Shown here piece by piece: positions 28,527 through 38,431 of a stretch of DNA of 64,000 bases. How positions within the stretch are numbered: the first letter of the stretch is position 1; every line of letters starts with the position of its first letter. The notes under the pieces were generated by a model. It was not told the DNA's origin. It did no database searches and saw nothing but the letters and a program-made list of their open reading frames with translations. Where the stretch lies: the NCBI GenBank assembly GCA_023264635.1, contig JAHFLT010000001.1:35307-99306 (forward strand), written 5' to 3'. Position numbers and translations under genes: made by a program. Origin of the DNA: Candidatus Woesearchaeota archaeon. GTDB lineage: Archaea; Nanobdellota; Nanobdellia; Woesearchaeales; JAGVYF01.

Positions 28527-28631
28527 CGGGGTGGATGGGATTTGAACCCATGACAAACCGCGCATGGAAGGAAAGCTTCCACACTTCACGGGCTTCAGCC
28601 GTGTGCTCTCCCAGGCTGTAGCTACCACCCC
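28527..28631 (-). tRNA. tRNA-Phe(GAA) with 30-nt intron at position 44/45 (28556-28585)
   Basis: Acceptor GGGGTGG/CCACCCC, anticodon arm CACGG-CTGAAGC-CCGTG, T arm ATGGG-TTCAAAT-CCCAT; BHB motif in the variable region; T-tract downstream. Confidence 0.9.
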
Positions 28632-28656
28632 GTGTACTGTCTCGAGGCGCAATCAC

Positions 28657-29178
28657 CTATGGATTTTTAATTCTTTTGCTCAATATGTCATCCAGATAGT
28701 GTGCTCGTGCCTTTGCTTCATCTTCATATTGCAGCAGGCTCATCGGGGCAAGCAGAACATCTCTGTATGTGCTTGGAATGATCCAGAGCATCAGAAGGCT
28801 TGTGACAGTAGTTGGTATCAAAGGTGCTCCACTCAGATAAGTAATAATCCCCAATAATCCTGTGAAGAAAACACTTTGCTTATGGACAAAGCCAATGAAG
28901 TCCTGCTTTGTCAACAGAGGCAGAGCAAGAAGGTACATCAACTCATTTTTCGTGGTATCTTCTTTGCTTTGGAAGGGAATGCAGCTCCTCCAGGTGTACT
29001 GCTTATCACGCTCTTGGTTAAATAAATGATCAACTGTGGCAGAGAGTGTCGTCTCACCAGTATATACACTTTTGATAAGCTGGCTTGGTGAAGATGGAGA
29101 GAGATAAGTATTTACCTTCACCTCGAGTTGTTCATCTTTTGCATCTTCCAGTTTTTTCAACGCAAGGTATAAGCTCAT
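28657..29178 (-). CDS. Hypothetical 2-TM protein
   Basis: ORF overlapping the upstream gene by 4 nt; two hydrophobic helices. Confidence 0.65.
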   Translation of the reverse strand: MSLYLALKKLEDAKDEQLEVKVNTYLSPSSPSQLIKSVYTGETTLSATVDHLFNQERDKQYTWRSCIPFQSKEDTTKNELMYLLALPLLTKQDFIGFVHKQSVFFTGLLGIITYLSGAPLIPTTVTSLLMLWIIPSTYRDVLLAPMSLLQYEDEAKARAHYLDDILSKRIKNP

Positions 29179-29672
29179 TTTTTAAGGAAAGTGTAAATCG
29201 AATCCACAAGCAGCGCTTCATCCTTCCATGTATTGAAGACACTCATCTGTTTTGTTGTGAAATGGAAATGCCCAATGGAGGATATCATTCCGCTCAGTAC
29301 CAACCCCCATGGCAGCCCGAGAAGCAACGGGCATCCAGCAGCTGCAAAATATGCAGGAAACTGACTAAATGGACGTAACTGTCCATTATTTGGTAGTGGC
29401 ATTATCTCTCGTAAGTCCTGTAGTTTCGGTACAAACTCTTTTTTGTATTGGTAAAACCTCAGAGGATTCAGCTTGCAGAGATACGGTTCGTAATTCACAT
29501 TATATTCCTTTTCAAGCTTAATCACAAACTGCAGTGCCCCCTTGTACATCTTCTGAAGATATTTGTACTGGTCGTACTCAGCGAAACAGCTTTCATATGC
29601 ATCACATAAATCTTTCAGCGAGTCTTTGTGTTGGCTGCTCGTTTCCAGCAGTTTTTCGTATAATGTGCTCAT
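29175..29672 (-). CDS. Hypothetical 2-TM protein (possible distant paralog of neighbour)
   Basis: Start MSTLYEK overlaps the stop of the OB-fold gene (ATGA). Confidence 0.65.
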   Translation of the reverse strand: MSTLYEKLLETSSQHKDSLKDLCDAYESCFAEYDQYKYLQKMYKGALQFVIKLEKEYNVNYEPYLCKLNPLRFYQYKKEFVPKLQDLREIMPLPNNGQLRPFSQFPAYFAAAGCPLLLGLPWGLVLSGMISSIGHFHFTTKQMSVFNTWKDEALLVDSIYTFLKK

Positions 29673-30031
29673 ATGTATTCTTCGTCGTAATGTGTTTCTT
29701 CTTTGGGCTCGGGCGCTGTCTCTTGTGCAGGTTGTGCAGTCGCCTTTCCAGTGACTTCCATCTTCCCAAAACGTCCTGCGGACAGCTGTAGCTCTCCTTG
29801 CCATTCTTTGACGTATCCGTTTGTAATCTGGACGATGTCTCCCACACTTATTGCATCCACTTCCTCATTCCATAAAGTGAGTTTTATTTGGCCAGAATCA
29901 TCTTTCACGACGGCATTACAGACTCTCCCTTCCTTTCCGAATTTTGAGAATGTTCTAATAGGGTCTTTGCTTACCACTTCTATTGTAACATCCACTTTAC
30001 CCTGATTGGGCTGCAGTTCTTTCACTTTCAT
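29669..30031 (-). CDS. Single OB-fold ssDNA-binding protein (SSB/RPA)
   Basis: KDDSGQIKLTLW, NGYVKEWQGELQL, acidic tail. Confidence 0.88.
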   Translation of the reverse strand: MKVKELQPNQGKVDVTIEVVSKDPIRTFSKFGKEGRVCNAVVKDDSGQIKLTLWNEEVDAISVGDIVQITNGYVKEWQGELQLSAGRFGKMEVTGKATAQPAQETAPEPKEETHYDEEYI

Positions 30032-31553
30032 GTTGTATCACCTTACCTTGCTTGTTGAATTGAGCGCCACCAAAGAGTTTTTCAAGAGCACTAATCAGCT
30101 TTTTCTCAGGCACACGTATCTGCATGCCCGTATCTCTGTCTCTTAACGTGACATCTTTGTTCTGAAGCGATTCATAATCTATCGTGATGCAATAAGCTGT
30201 ACCAGCCTCATCCTGTCGGAGATATCTTCTCCCTACGGTACCTGATTCATCGTACTGTGACACATACTGCACATTTATCATTTCATGAATGTGCTGTGCA
30301 TATTCCGCAAGACCATCTTTTTTCATCAATGGAAGGACAGCAACGTTCACAGGAGTCCATGGATACGGAATTTTTAATACAGGTTTCCCTTCTCCTTTTT
30401 CTGCAGGGGTGTAAAAAATGTCAAGCAATGCAAAGACAATCCTATCACTCCCGAAAGCCATCTCCAGTATATGGGGATGTATCGTTGCCCCGTCTTCTCC
30501 CCGCGCATCTAGTGATACTCCTGTCTTCTTTTCATGTTGCTTTAAATCGTAGTCAGTTCTGTCATGAACGCCACAACATTCTGTCCAGCCGAATGTATGC
30601 AGTTCTATCTCAATATCCCATGCATCATCTGCATAAAATGCTTTTTCGTCTTTATGGTGTTGTCTACATCGTATCTTCTCTTTTGGAATCCCTAAGTCTG
30701 CGAAGAATGTGTATGCTATGGAAAGCATACATGAATATGCCTTATTTCTTAGGTAATTCAGTTTGATTGCAGTATCAAGACTCATCCATTCTGGCTCTTT
30801 CTTTGTATCTTGATGCTGATGTGGCCAGAGAGGTAATTTGTTGTCTTTTACTTTTTCATACAGGTAATACTCATTCTTCTGGTGGGGGAAGATGAAAAGC
30901 TGTGCCTCTGCTTGCGTGAATTCACGGCAGCGGAGAACATGCTGTCGCGGAGATATCTCATTACGGTATGCTTTGCCTATCTGGAAGACCCCAAAAGGCA
31001 GCTTCTTCCGGAAAAAATCATAATATCTCGGAAACGGGAGGTATGTTGTCGTTGCAGTCTCTGGGCGATTATATGCCTCGATATCAACACCTATGGTTGT
31101 TCGCATCATCAGATCATGCCGAAGTATGTGCTCATCAAATGCACCTTTGCAGTTCGGGCAGCTAAGAGCATTTTCCTTAAAGAATGTTAGTAAATCCTGC
31201 TCTGTCTTAAACTGGTTGGCATGGACAGCGGGAAACAATTCATGAATAAGCGCATCTGCTCTAAACGCTGCTTTGCATTTGCTGCATTTTATCATCGGAT
31301 CAGTGAATCCGCCGAGATGTCCTGATGCTTCCCAGACCTCTTTCTGCATGATAGTAGGGCATTCTACCTCCCACAGGTTATTCTGTTGGAAATCGTGCCT
31401 CAGCTTTTGTTCGACGTTTTGCTTCAATAGTTTTCCCAATGGACCATAAGTATAAAATCCAGCAAGACCACCATATATTTCCGGACTTGGTCCCCAGATA
31501 AAACCTTTCTGCTGGAGAAAACTCATGAACTCTTTTGTGAAGTCTTCAGACAT
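29997..31553 (-). CDS. glyS: Glycine--tRNA ligase (alpha2 type)
   Basis: EIYGG, SGH..FTDP, RPETA, YRNEISPR, HDRTDYDL. Confidence 0.95.
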   Translation of the reverse strand: MSEDFTKEFMSFLQQKGFIWGPSPEIYGGLAGFYTYGPLGKLLKQNVEQKLRHDFQQNNLWEVECPTIMQKEVWEASGHLGGFTDPMIKCSKCKAAFRADALIHELFPAVHANQFKTEQDLLTFFKENALSCPNCKGAFDEHILRHDLMMRTTIGVDIEAYNRPETATTTYLPFPRYYDFFRKKLPFGVFQIGKAYRNEISPRQHVLRCREFTQAEAQLFIFPHQKNEYYLYEKVKDNKLPLWPHQHQDTKKEPEWMSLDTAIKLNYLRNKAYSCMLSIAYTFFADLGIPKEKIRCRQHHKDEKAFYADDAWDIEIELHTFGWTECCGVHDRTDYDLKQHEKKTGVSLDARGEDGATIHPHILEMAFGSDRIVFALLDIFYTPAEKGEGKPVLKIPYPWTPVNVAVLPLMKKDGLAEYAQHIHEMINVQYVSQYDESGTVGRRYLRQDEAGTAYCITIDYESLQNKDVTLRDRDTGMQIRVPEKKLISALEKLFGGAQFNKQGKVIQHESERTAAQSG

Positions 31554-31594
31554 AGAAACAGGAAAACCATTGAGACATATTTAAATGTTTTCTC

Positions 31595-32038
31595 GTGGAA
31601 TCACATTTTCTCACAATATTTAAATCCACTAGATGTTTCACCTACAGAATGCAAACTATCTCTGCTCTTACAATAGCATTGTGCATTGAATGCATTGGGG
31701 GAAGTGTTTCGTACTCAACACCTCCCTCCATAAGGATTTCATATGATAGCCGCACTATCGGAACATATTCACGTAGATATGATATAATGATAATGACGAC
31801 AAAGAGAAATGCCAGACCGCTTGAATTCATTATCCGGGATGCTGAGGGGATAGCGTTCTACGATGTGCGAAAAAACAACGTTCCCATACATCAGCATATA
31901 TATAAGTCAGGTGAAGAACCGCTCTTTGTGCACTTATCATTATCAGCTATACCTAATGACAGAATAACATTGGAAACAGCAGATGTCTATGATGCAAATA
32001 CCTCTGGTTTGGTAAGGATCATGCGAAAGTCGAGATGA
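31595..32038 (+). CDS. Hypothetical, possibly secreted protein
   Basis: ORF fills the gap between genes; start uncertain. Confidence 0.4.
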   Translation: MESHFLTIFKSTRCFTYRMQTISALTIALCIECIGGSVSYSTPPSIRISYDSRTIGTYSRRYDIMIMTTKRNARPLEFIIRDAEGIAFYDVRKNNVPIHQHIYKSGEEPLFVHLSLSAIPNDRITLETADVYDANTSGLVRIMRKSR

Positions 32039-32183
32039 TGAAAACTACTCTCTGCCCAAGGCAGCATCTTCTGATGATTATCTGATGGTTGTTCTCGCTT
32101 TTTCTTGTGCCATTGACACAATAACATTCCCTTCTCCAGCTTATGCGGATAGATAATCACCTAAACGTTTGCTGAGGAACTTG

Positions 32184-32963
32184 TCACTGGTACTTTAGTA
32201 CAAGCCCCACTGGTGCATGGTCTGAGCCGAGCACGGATGTTTGGATAAATCCATCTTCAACAGCCTCTTTTAGGTCATCAGTTACAAAGTGGTAATCGAT
32301 GCGCCAGCCAATGTTGCGTTTGCGTGCGTTGAAGCGGTATGTCCACCAGGAATATTCCTCTTTTGCAGGATGCTTGTAGCGGAAAGTATCGATATATCCA
32401 TTGGCAATAAGCTTGTCAATCCAGGCGCGTTCAACAGGAAGGAATCCTGTGTTCTGTTCATTCTCTTTCGGGTTCTTGAGGTCGATTTCTTTATGGGCGG
32501 TATTAACATCCCCGCTGATGATGAGCGGCTTTGCTGTACGCAATTCCTGACAGAACCGTAAGAATGATTCGTAAAATGAGAGTTTGTAGGTCAATCGTTT
32601 CTTTTCACCCTCTGGCCACGTATCTCCACGAGGAAAATACACATTGAGGAGATAAAATTGTGGGAATTCTGTAAGTAATGTTCTTCCCTCACAATCAAAT
32701 TCCGGAATGCCGAACCCTTCTTGCACTCGGATGGGATTTTCCTTCGTAAGCGTCGCAACGCCACTGTATCCAGGTCGTTGTGCAGGATGCCAAAATGCAT
32801 AGTATCCTTTTGGATTACGCAGCTCATCAGGGATCTGTTCTTTTTTTGCTTTGATCTCTTGAAGACACACGATATCCGGATTTGTTTTCGTAAGCCAGTC
32901 CATGAACCCTTTGCGGTGCACAGCACGAATACCATTGACATTCCATGAGATGATAGTGACCAT
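32184..32963 (-). CDS. xth: Exodeoxyribonuclease III / AP endonuclease
   Basis: SWNVNG, LQEIK, GDVN, GWRIDY, SDHAP. Confidence 0.95.
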   Translation of the reverse strand: MVTIISWNVNGIRAVHRKGFMDWLTKTNPDIVCLQEIKAKKEQIPDELRNPKGYYAFWHPAQRPGYSGVATLTKENPIRVQEGFGIPEFDCEGRTLLTEFPQFYLLNVYFPRGDTWPEGEKKRLTYKLSFYESFLRFCQELRTAKPLIISGDVNTAHKEIDLKNPKENEQNTGFLPVERAWIDKLIANGYIDTFRYKHPAKEEYSWWTYRFNARKRNIGWRIDYHFVTDDLKEAVEDGFIQTSVLGSDHAPVGLVLKYQ

Positions 32964-33062
32964 ACAAAACCAGAACAGAATACTTATTTATGTATTTTTA
33001 TCTATTCTCTGTGTGTATTTTGGAGTGATGAGGTTTAGAATGGTGATATCACCGGCATTGTT

Positions 33063-33869
33063 CTAATGCTTCTCAATAAACTGCTTCATGTGCTCCACAA
33101 AGTCATATGCCTCTCGATACAGCTCTTCGTATTCCTTTCCATGCACATCCTTCTTTTCCCGGGTAATTATCGCTTTGGATAGTCTGTAGAATTTCTCAGG
33201 CACATGCGCATGCTTTTTGTGTATAAGCCCCGGCTTCACCATCTTTTCCACCATGAGCTCTGCGACATGTTCGGGGGAGGGTGGCACAATGCCCAGCTTC
33301 ATCAAAGCTGCATGTGATGCGTCTATAACTGCCCAGTATAAGTCGATAGTCGCCTGCATGATATGCCATCTGCTGTTGACCAATGTCCGCGGAGCCCTGC
33401 CATAGTATGTCCAGATGCTTTCACTTGTTGGTCTTATTCTTCCCATGAAGAGCAATGCCTGTAATGGATCGAAAAAACCTGTATCAACCACTGCAATTCC
33501 ATCACGCAGGATATTCACAGCTACGGGATCAGAATTCCGGACATAATCCCAGAATGCGGATAGTTTCAATGTAGTGACATGAAGCTTTGTGCTTGTGTCT
33601 ATGATTATCTTTTCAGTGATTATGCGGTATGCTTCTACAATCTCAGGAGTGAGCCGCATAGATACATCGTCCACAATAACCATAATATCTATATCATTAC
33701 GCTTCTCTTTTTCCATGGAACGCGCAACAGAACCGAATAATACAATTGCCTTGAGGAATTCCTTAAACTCTTGGTAAAGCCGTTTTGAGAAATCATATGC
33801 TATCTTGAGATCATCTTCTCTATATTTAGAGGCATTCTTGCTGATAACCTTATGAAGCTCGAACTGCAT
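33063..33869 (-). CDS. Nucleotidyltransferase (MNT) with C-terminal HEPN-like helical domain
   Basis: LFGS..DID motif followed by a helical domain. Confidence 0.8.
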   Translation of the reverse strand: MQFELHKVISKNASKYREDDLKIAYDFSKRLYQEFKEFLKAIVLFGSVARSMEKEKRNDIDIMVIVDDVSMRLTPEIVEAYRIITEKIIIDTSTKLHVTTLKLSAFWDYVRNSDPVAVNILRDGIAVVDTGFFDPLQALLFMGRIRPTSESIWTYYGRAPRTLVNSRWHIMQATIDLYWAVIDASHAALMKLGIVPPSPEHVAELMVEKMVKPGLIHKKHAHVPEKFYRLSKAIITREKKDVHGKEYEELYREAYDFVEHMKQFIEKH

Positions 33870-34067
33870 AACACCTCTCTATGAGAAGTAACTATATTAA
33901 GATTTGTTACTATTGGTGAATAACATTTTTAGGCTAGAATATGTTTATATAGTTGGAAAACACGTAATCATGTAGAAAAAAAGATTGTCACATAGTCTAA
34001 ATTGTTACATAGTCTATAGTCAGATAGTCGGTAATCAGATAGAGAGTGAGATAAAGAAACAGGTAAC

Positions 34068-34161
34068 TATAGGAAAGGAAATTAATTTTCGTATAAATTG
34101 TATTTCCTTTCCTACTAAGCGGAGGACATTTGACCTACGATTATTTGGTTCCTCCGCTATA
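34068..34161. repeat. Two back-to-back ~47-bp palindromic units
   Basis: TAGGAAAGGAAAT/ATTTCCTTTCCTA, then AGCGGAGGA/TCCTCCGCT ending in CTATA. Confidence 0.75.
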
Positions 34162-34174
34162 AGATGGTTTTAAG

Positions 34175-36133
34175 ATGACCCTTTCCCTTACATATAAACT
34201 ATTCAGGGAACATCTTGTTGAAGGAGAATTAGGACTAGGCAATGAAATTGGCCTAAAGATTGATCAAACGCTGACGCAAGATGCCACAGGGACAATGGCA
34301 TATCTCCAGTTTGAAGCGTTGGGACTTTCGAAGGTCATGACAGAACTTTCAGTTTCTTATGTTGATCATAATCTTCTTCAGTCTGGTTTTGAAAACATGG
34401 ATGATCATGTGTTCCTGCAAAGTGTTGCTGCAAAATATGGGATATACTATTCCAGACCGGGAAATGGTATCTGTCATCAAGTTCATCTTGAACGTTTTGG
34501 CATTCCGGGGAAGACACTGCTCGGATCAGACTCACACACCCCGACCAATGGCGGATTGGGGATGCTTGCGATAGGGGCAGGAGGTCTTGATGTTGCAATG
34601 GCTATGGGCGGCCATCCTTTCTATCTCAAGATGCCGAAAGTGGTCGGAATAAAATTACAGGGGAGGCTTCAACCATGGGTCTCTGCAAAGGATGTCATTC
34701 TTGAAATTTTACGGCAGCTTACAGTAAAAGGTGGTGTTGGAAAAATCATAGAATATTTTGGGGAGGGCATTGCTTCTCTCAGTGTCCCTGAACGCGCAAC
34801 CATAACCAATATGGGCGCTGAATTAGGGGCAATGACAAGCATCTTCCCCAGCGATGAGAGAACAAAGGAATATCTTTCCTTACAAAAACGTGTACATGTC
34901 TGGAAATCGTTGCAGGCTGATGAAAATGCATATTATGATGAAAAGCTAGAAATAGATCTCTCCTCATTAGAACCATTAGTTGCTTGTCCTCAGAGCCCGG
35001 ATAATGTGCATACTGTCCGGGAATATGAGGGAATGCCTGTGCAGCAGGTGCTTATCGGAAGCTGTACTAATTCGAGCTTTAAGGATCTTACAATAGTAGC
35101 CAGTGTCTTGAAAGACAAGCACGTTCATCCACACACAACAATGGCAGTAAATCCAGGATCAAAGCAGGTGTATGAAAATATTGCAGCTAATGGTGCGCTT
35201 ACTCATTTTATTATGGCTGGTGCCAGAATGCTTGAAGCCGGATGTGGCGGCTGCATCGGGATGGGGAGTGCACCTGGAACAAATGTGAATTCAGTTCGTA
35301 CATTCAATCGAAATTTTCCCGGCAGATCTGGCACACCCAATGATAATGTATACCTTGTTTCTCCCGAAGTTGCTGCTGCAACCGCTCTTAATGGCGTGTT
35401 GACAGACCCACGCCGTCTTGGTTCTTATCCCAAGATTAGCTGGCCAGAACTACATATAGATGACAGCCAGATTCTCCCCCCACCAAGAGACGCTTCTTCG
35501 GTGGAGATTATCAGAGGACCTAATATCAAGCCATTGCCATACAATGAACGTTTCCCCACTCGATTTGAGAAAGAGGTTATTATCAAGGTTGGTGATAATA
35601 TTAGTACAGACACAATCATGAAAGCAGGCGCTAAAGTGTTGCCATTGCGAAGCAATATTCCAGCAATGGCCGAGTATGTTTTCGAACCACTAGATCCGTC
35701 ATTTGCACGTCTCGCAAAAGAAAAGAAAGGTGGTATTATTGTTGCCGGAGCAAATTATGGACAGGGATCAAGCAGAGAACATGCAGCACTTGCACCGATG
35801 TACCTGGGAATCAAAGCAGTTATTGCAAAGAACTTTGCACGTATCCATAAAGACAATCTCGTCAATGTCGGAATTCTTCCTTTGGAGTTTGTAAACGAAT
35901 GGGATTATGAGAAAGTGGAAAAAGGTGATGTTCTGTTCTTGGATGATGTAAGAGAACAAGTTACCCAAGAGATCCCTATCACGACTATCACTATCACCAA
36001 TAAAACAAAAAACACACTCATCGCAACAAAATTAGATCTCAGTCCTCGACAGAGAAAATATGTTCTTACGGGTGGGTTGTTGAACTATGTACGAGAGAAG
36101 AATATACTGAAAGAACCAAAAGAGCCAAACTAA
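34175..36133 (+). CDS. Aconitate hydratase
   Basis: QDATG, DHN, DSHT, GSCTN, CGGCIG, NRNF, GSSRE. Confidence 0.92.
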   Translation: MTLSLTYKLFREHLVEGELGLGNEIGLKIDQTLTQDATGTMAYLQFEALGLSKVMTELSVSYVDHNLLQSGFENMDDHVFLQSVAAKYGIYYSRPGNGICHQVHLERFGIPGKTLLGSDSHTPTNGGLGMLAIGAGGLDVAMAMGGHPFYLKMPKVVGIKLQGRLQPWVSAKDVILEILRQLTVKGGVGKIIEYFGEGIASLSVPERATITNMGAELGAMTSIFPSDERTKEYLSLQKRVHVWKSLQADENAYYDEKLEIDLSSLEPLVACPQSPDNVHTVREYEGMPVQQVLIGSCTNSSFKDLTIVASVLKDKHVHPHTTMAVNPGSKQVYENIAANGALTHFIMAGARMLEAGCGGCIGMGSAPGTNVNSVRTFNRNFPGRSGTPNDNVYLVSPEVAAATALNGVLTDPRRLGSYPKISWPELHIDDSQILPPPRDASSVEIIRGPNIKPLPYNERFPTRFEKEVIIKVGDNISTDTIMKAGAKVLPLRSNIPAMAEYVFEPLDPSFARLAKEKKGGIIVAGANYGQGSSREHAALAPMYLGIKAVIAKNFARIHKDNLVNVGILPLEFVNEWDYEKVEKGDVLFLDDVREQVTQEIPITTITITNKTKNTLIATKLDLSPRQRKYVLTGGLLNYVREKNILKEPKEPN

Positions 36134-36193
36134 ATATGGTAATTGGCAGTACTTTGCTATTTGTTATTATCCTGCTATTTATTATACTATTCT

Positions 36194-37819
36194 TTACTCT
36201 AATCTTTTCACTTCCTCATACTCCTTAATGCTCGAAGCCAGAAGTCGTGGAAGCAGCTTTGTCCGAAGCTTACCATACAGTGGCCGTGTCGGTTGCTTCA
36301 AAACCAACTGTACAATCTCATAATTTGCCAGCATCCGTGTCAGCCGTTCAGCGTGATACTGCGTCGTATCAGACCCTTTTCTGTACATTCGATAGAGAGT
36401 CCCCGCAAGCATTCGTTCCATCTTTCCAAGTAATCGTGTATCTGCATTGGGCGACAACATATGTGCGACTCCATCGATGCTGTATCTTTTTACATGGGTG
36501 AATCCATCCTTTGCTAAAAACTTTAGTTCTGTCAGCGCCTGAATCTGGGAAGTTCCTTCATAAATGGGGAACACCAATGAATCTCTGAGAAGCTGTTCGG
36601 GGAGATATTCTTTGATATAGCCATAGCCGCCATGCACTTGCAGTGCGAGCCTGCATACTCTTACACATTCTTCAGCAAGGTAATACTTTGAAAGGAACGT
36701 TAATGAGTTTGCGCGTTTTTCGCTCCATTTTCTTTCTTCCTCATAAGAACAGTGATTCTTCTTTTCCACAGAAAATGCGGCTTCATACAACAGCGCCCGC
36801 ATGCCTAGTAACGTTAGTGACATATCGTCCAAGATATTCTGCATAGCTGGCAACTCGCTGAGTTTTTTTCCGAATTGCTGTCTTTGTCTCGTATACGTAT
36901 TTGCTTCAACAATCGCACTTTGTGCAACACCAAGAGCTTGTGCTGCAACTCCGAGCCGTGCAGTATGCATGAGATGGAGCATGTGCTTTAGACCCTGTCC
37001 TTTTTCTCCAATAAGATGAGCTCGGGCATTATCATAAACGATAGTTCCCGTTATGGATGCATGCAAACCTAATTTCTCCTCTGTTCTGGTGTTCTTCACA
37101 GCATCGTGATTCTCTGCAGTTGCAACAAGGTACATGCTCAGTCCCTTCATTTTTCCTTTTGTTTCTGCAAAAGTATCTGCATCTCGTGCAAGAACCAGTT
37201 GTATCGTTGCATCGCAGTTGGATATGAGTTGTTTTGTGCCACCAAGAAAAGTATCACTTTCATTACTTGTTGCTTTTGTGAGAATACCACCGAGATCGCT
37301 TCCTGCGCCATCTTCTGTAAGGACCATCGCTCCCACGTCATTACCACTAAGCAGCCCGGGTAAATATTTTTTTTTTATTTCCCCAGTTGCAAAACGTTCA
37401 AGTGTTTCAGCTACTCCTGCCGAAAGCCCATAACGAACCATTAATGCGGGATCTGCCTGTGCAAGCAGTTCGTAGGCGCCCATTGCAACGAAGAATGGCA
37501 AATTAAGTTCGCTTTTCAAAGGCAATCCAATAAAGCCATTTTCTGCCAGCACCTTATATGCTTTAATGGTGCCCGGTGCGAGCGTATGATGCTCTTCCCC
37601 ATAACGGTCATTCTCGCTCATGTGCGGAGCAATAATTTCTCCGGCAATTTCTCCGGCCAGTTCCAGCACCATTTTACATTCTTCACCAGTCTTGTCGGGA
37701 TAGTACTTCAGAATTTTGTCCAGATAGCCACTTTTCTCAATGATCCATACCAAGTCATCATTAACCGTATACAGGTTTCTTGGTTTTCTTGGTTGTGGAA
37801 GCGACATGCAACAGAGCAT
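36194..37819 (-). CDS. Acyl-CoA dehydrogenase family protein
   Basis: MVLTEDGAGSD, EEKLGLHAS, RQQFGK, QVHGGYGY, IYEGT. Confidence 0.92.
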   Translation of the reverse strand: MLCCMSLPQPRKPRNLYTVNDDLVWIIEKSGYLDKILKYYPDKTGEECKMVLELAGEIAGEIIAPHMSENDRYGEEHHTLAPGTIKAYKVLAENGFIGLPLKSELNLPFFVAMGAYELLAQADPALMVRYGLSAGVAETLERFATGEIKKKYLPGLLSGNDVGAMVLTEDGAGSDLGGILTKATSNESDTFLGGTKQLISNCDATIQLVLARDADTFAETKGKMKGLSMYLVATAENHDAVKNTRTEEKLGLHASITGTIVYDNARAHLIGEKGQGLKHMLHLMHTARLGVAAQALGVAQSAIVEANTYTRQRQQFGKKLSELPAMQNILDDMSLTLLGMRALLYEAAFSVEKKNHCSYEEERKWSEKRANSLTFLSKYYLAEECVRVCRLALQVHGGYGYIKEYLPEQLLRDSLVFPIYEGTSQIQALTELKFLAKDGFTHVKRYSIDGVAHMLSPNADTRLLGKMERMLAGTLYRMYRKGSDTTQYHAERLTRMLANYEIVQLVLKQPTRPLYGKLRTKLLPRLLASSIKEYEEVKRLE

Positions 37820-37900
37820 TGCAACGAATTATAAAAATCTTGTTTATTTTGAACGCTGCCTTATTTTTCTATAGCTCCTAGTTTTCTATTATTGTTCTAT

Positions 37901-38203
37901 TTATTGTTCTATATGTCTCTTAATAAAAATAATGATACAAGACAAGACGTAGAGATAAGGAACTACAACAAAAATGAAAATGAATGCTACGGGAATAATA
38001 TTGGCTGCGGATAGTTGTCCTATTTTGTAGACAATAAGTAACCCTGGCCATAAAAGGATCCAGCCTAGAAAAATAAGGTCAAGACTCGCACCAGTCATGA
38101 CAAAAAGAAAGACAATTAGTGTCAGTATAATCAAGAAGATGAAACAATTCTTTTTCGGTCTTTCCCACCAAATGAATTCTTTTATGACAGAGGATAAAAC
38201 CAT
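37901..38203 (-). CDS. Small hydrophobic membrane protein
   Basis: Three hydrophobic segments. Confidence 0.55.
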   Translation of the reverse strand: MVLSSVIKEFIWWERPKKNCFIFLIILTLIVFLFVMTGASLDLIFLGWILLWPGLLIVYKIGQLSAANIIPVAFIFIFVVVPYLYVLSCIIIFIKRHIEQ

Positions 38204-38300
38204 ACCTGAAGATAAAGCACAATTACTTTAAAACTTGTCTGCTTTAATTGCAAGGTTTCCAATAATTTTATATACGCACTGTTTGTCCTCTTCCTGCTTT

Positions 38301-38431
38301 GCAGGGGTAGCGAAGCCTGGTCAAACGCGCAGGACTCAGAGCACATCACCTGGCTGAGTGCGATACTTAAGACCAGGTGTGAGAGATCCTGTCTCTTAGT
38401 GGGTTCGAGGGTTCAAATCCCTTCCCCTGCA
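38301..38431 (+). tRNA. tRNA-Leu(CAG) with 45-nt canonical intron (38341-38385)
   Basis: GCAGGGG/CCCCTGC acceptor, CAGGA/TCCTG stem, long variable arm, BHB helix CTCA/TGAG. Confidence 0.93.

Noticed and set aside
28556..28585. Long variable arm suggesting a Sec/Ser-type tRNA
   Set aside because: Better explained as a BHB intron whose removal gives a standard 5-nt variable loop; the anticodon is GAA
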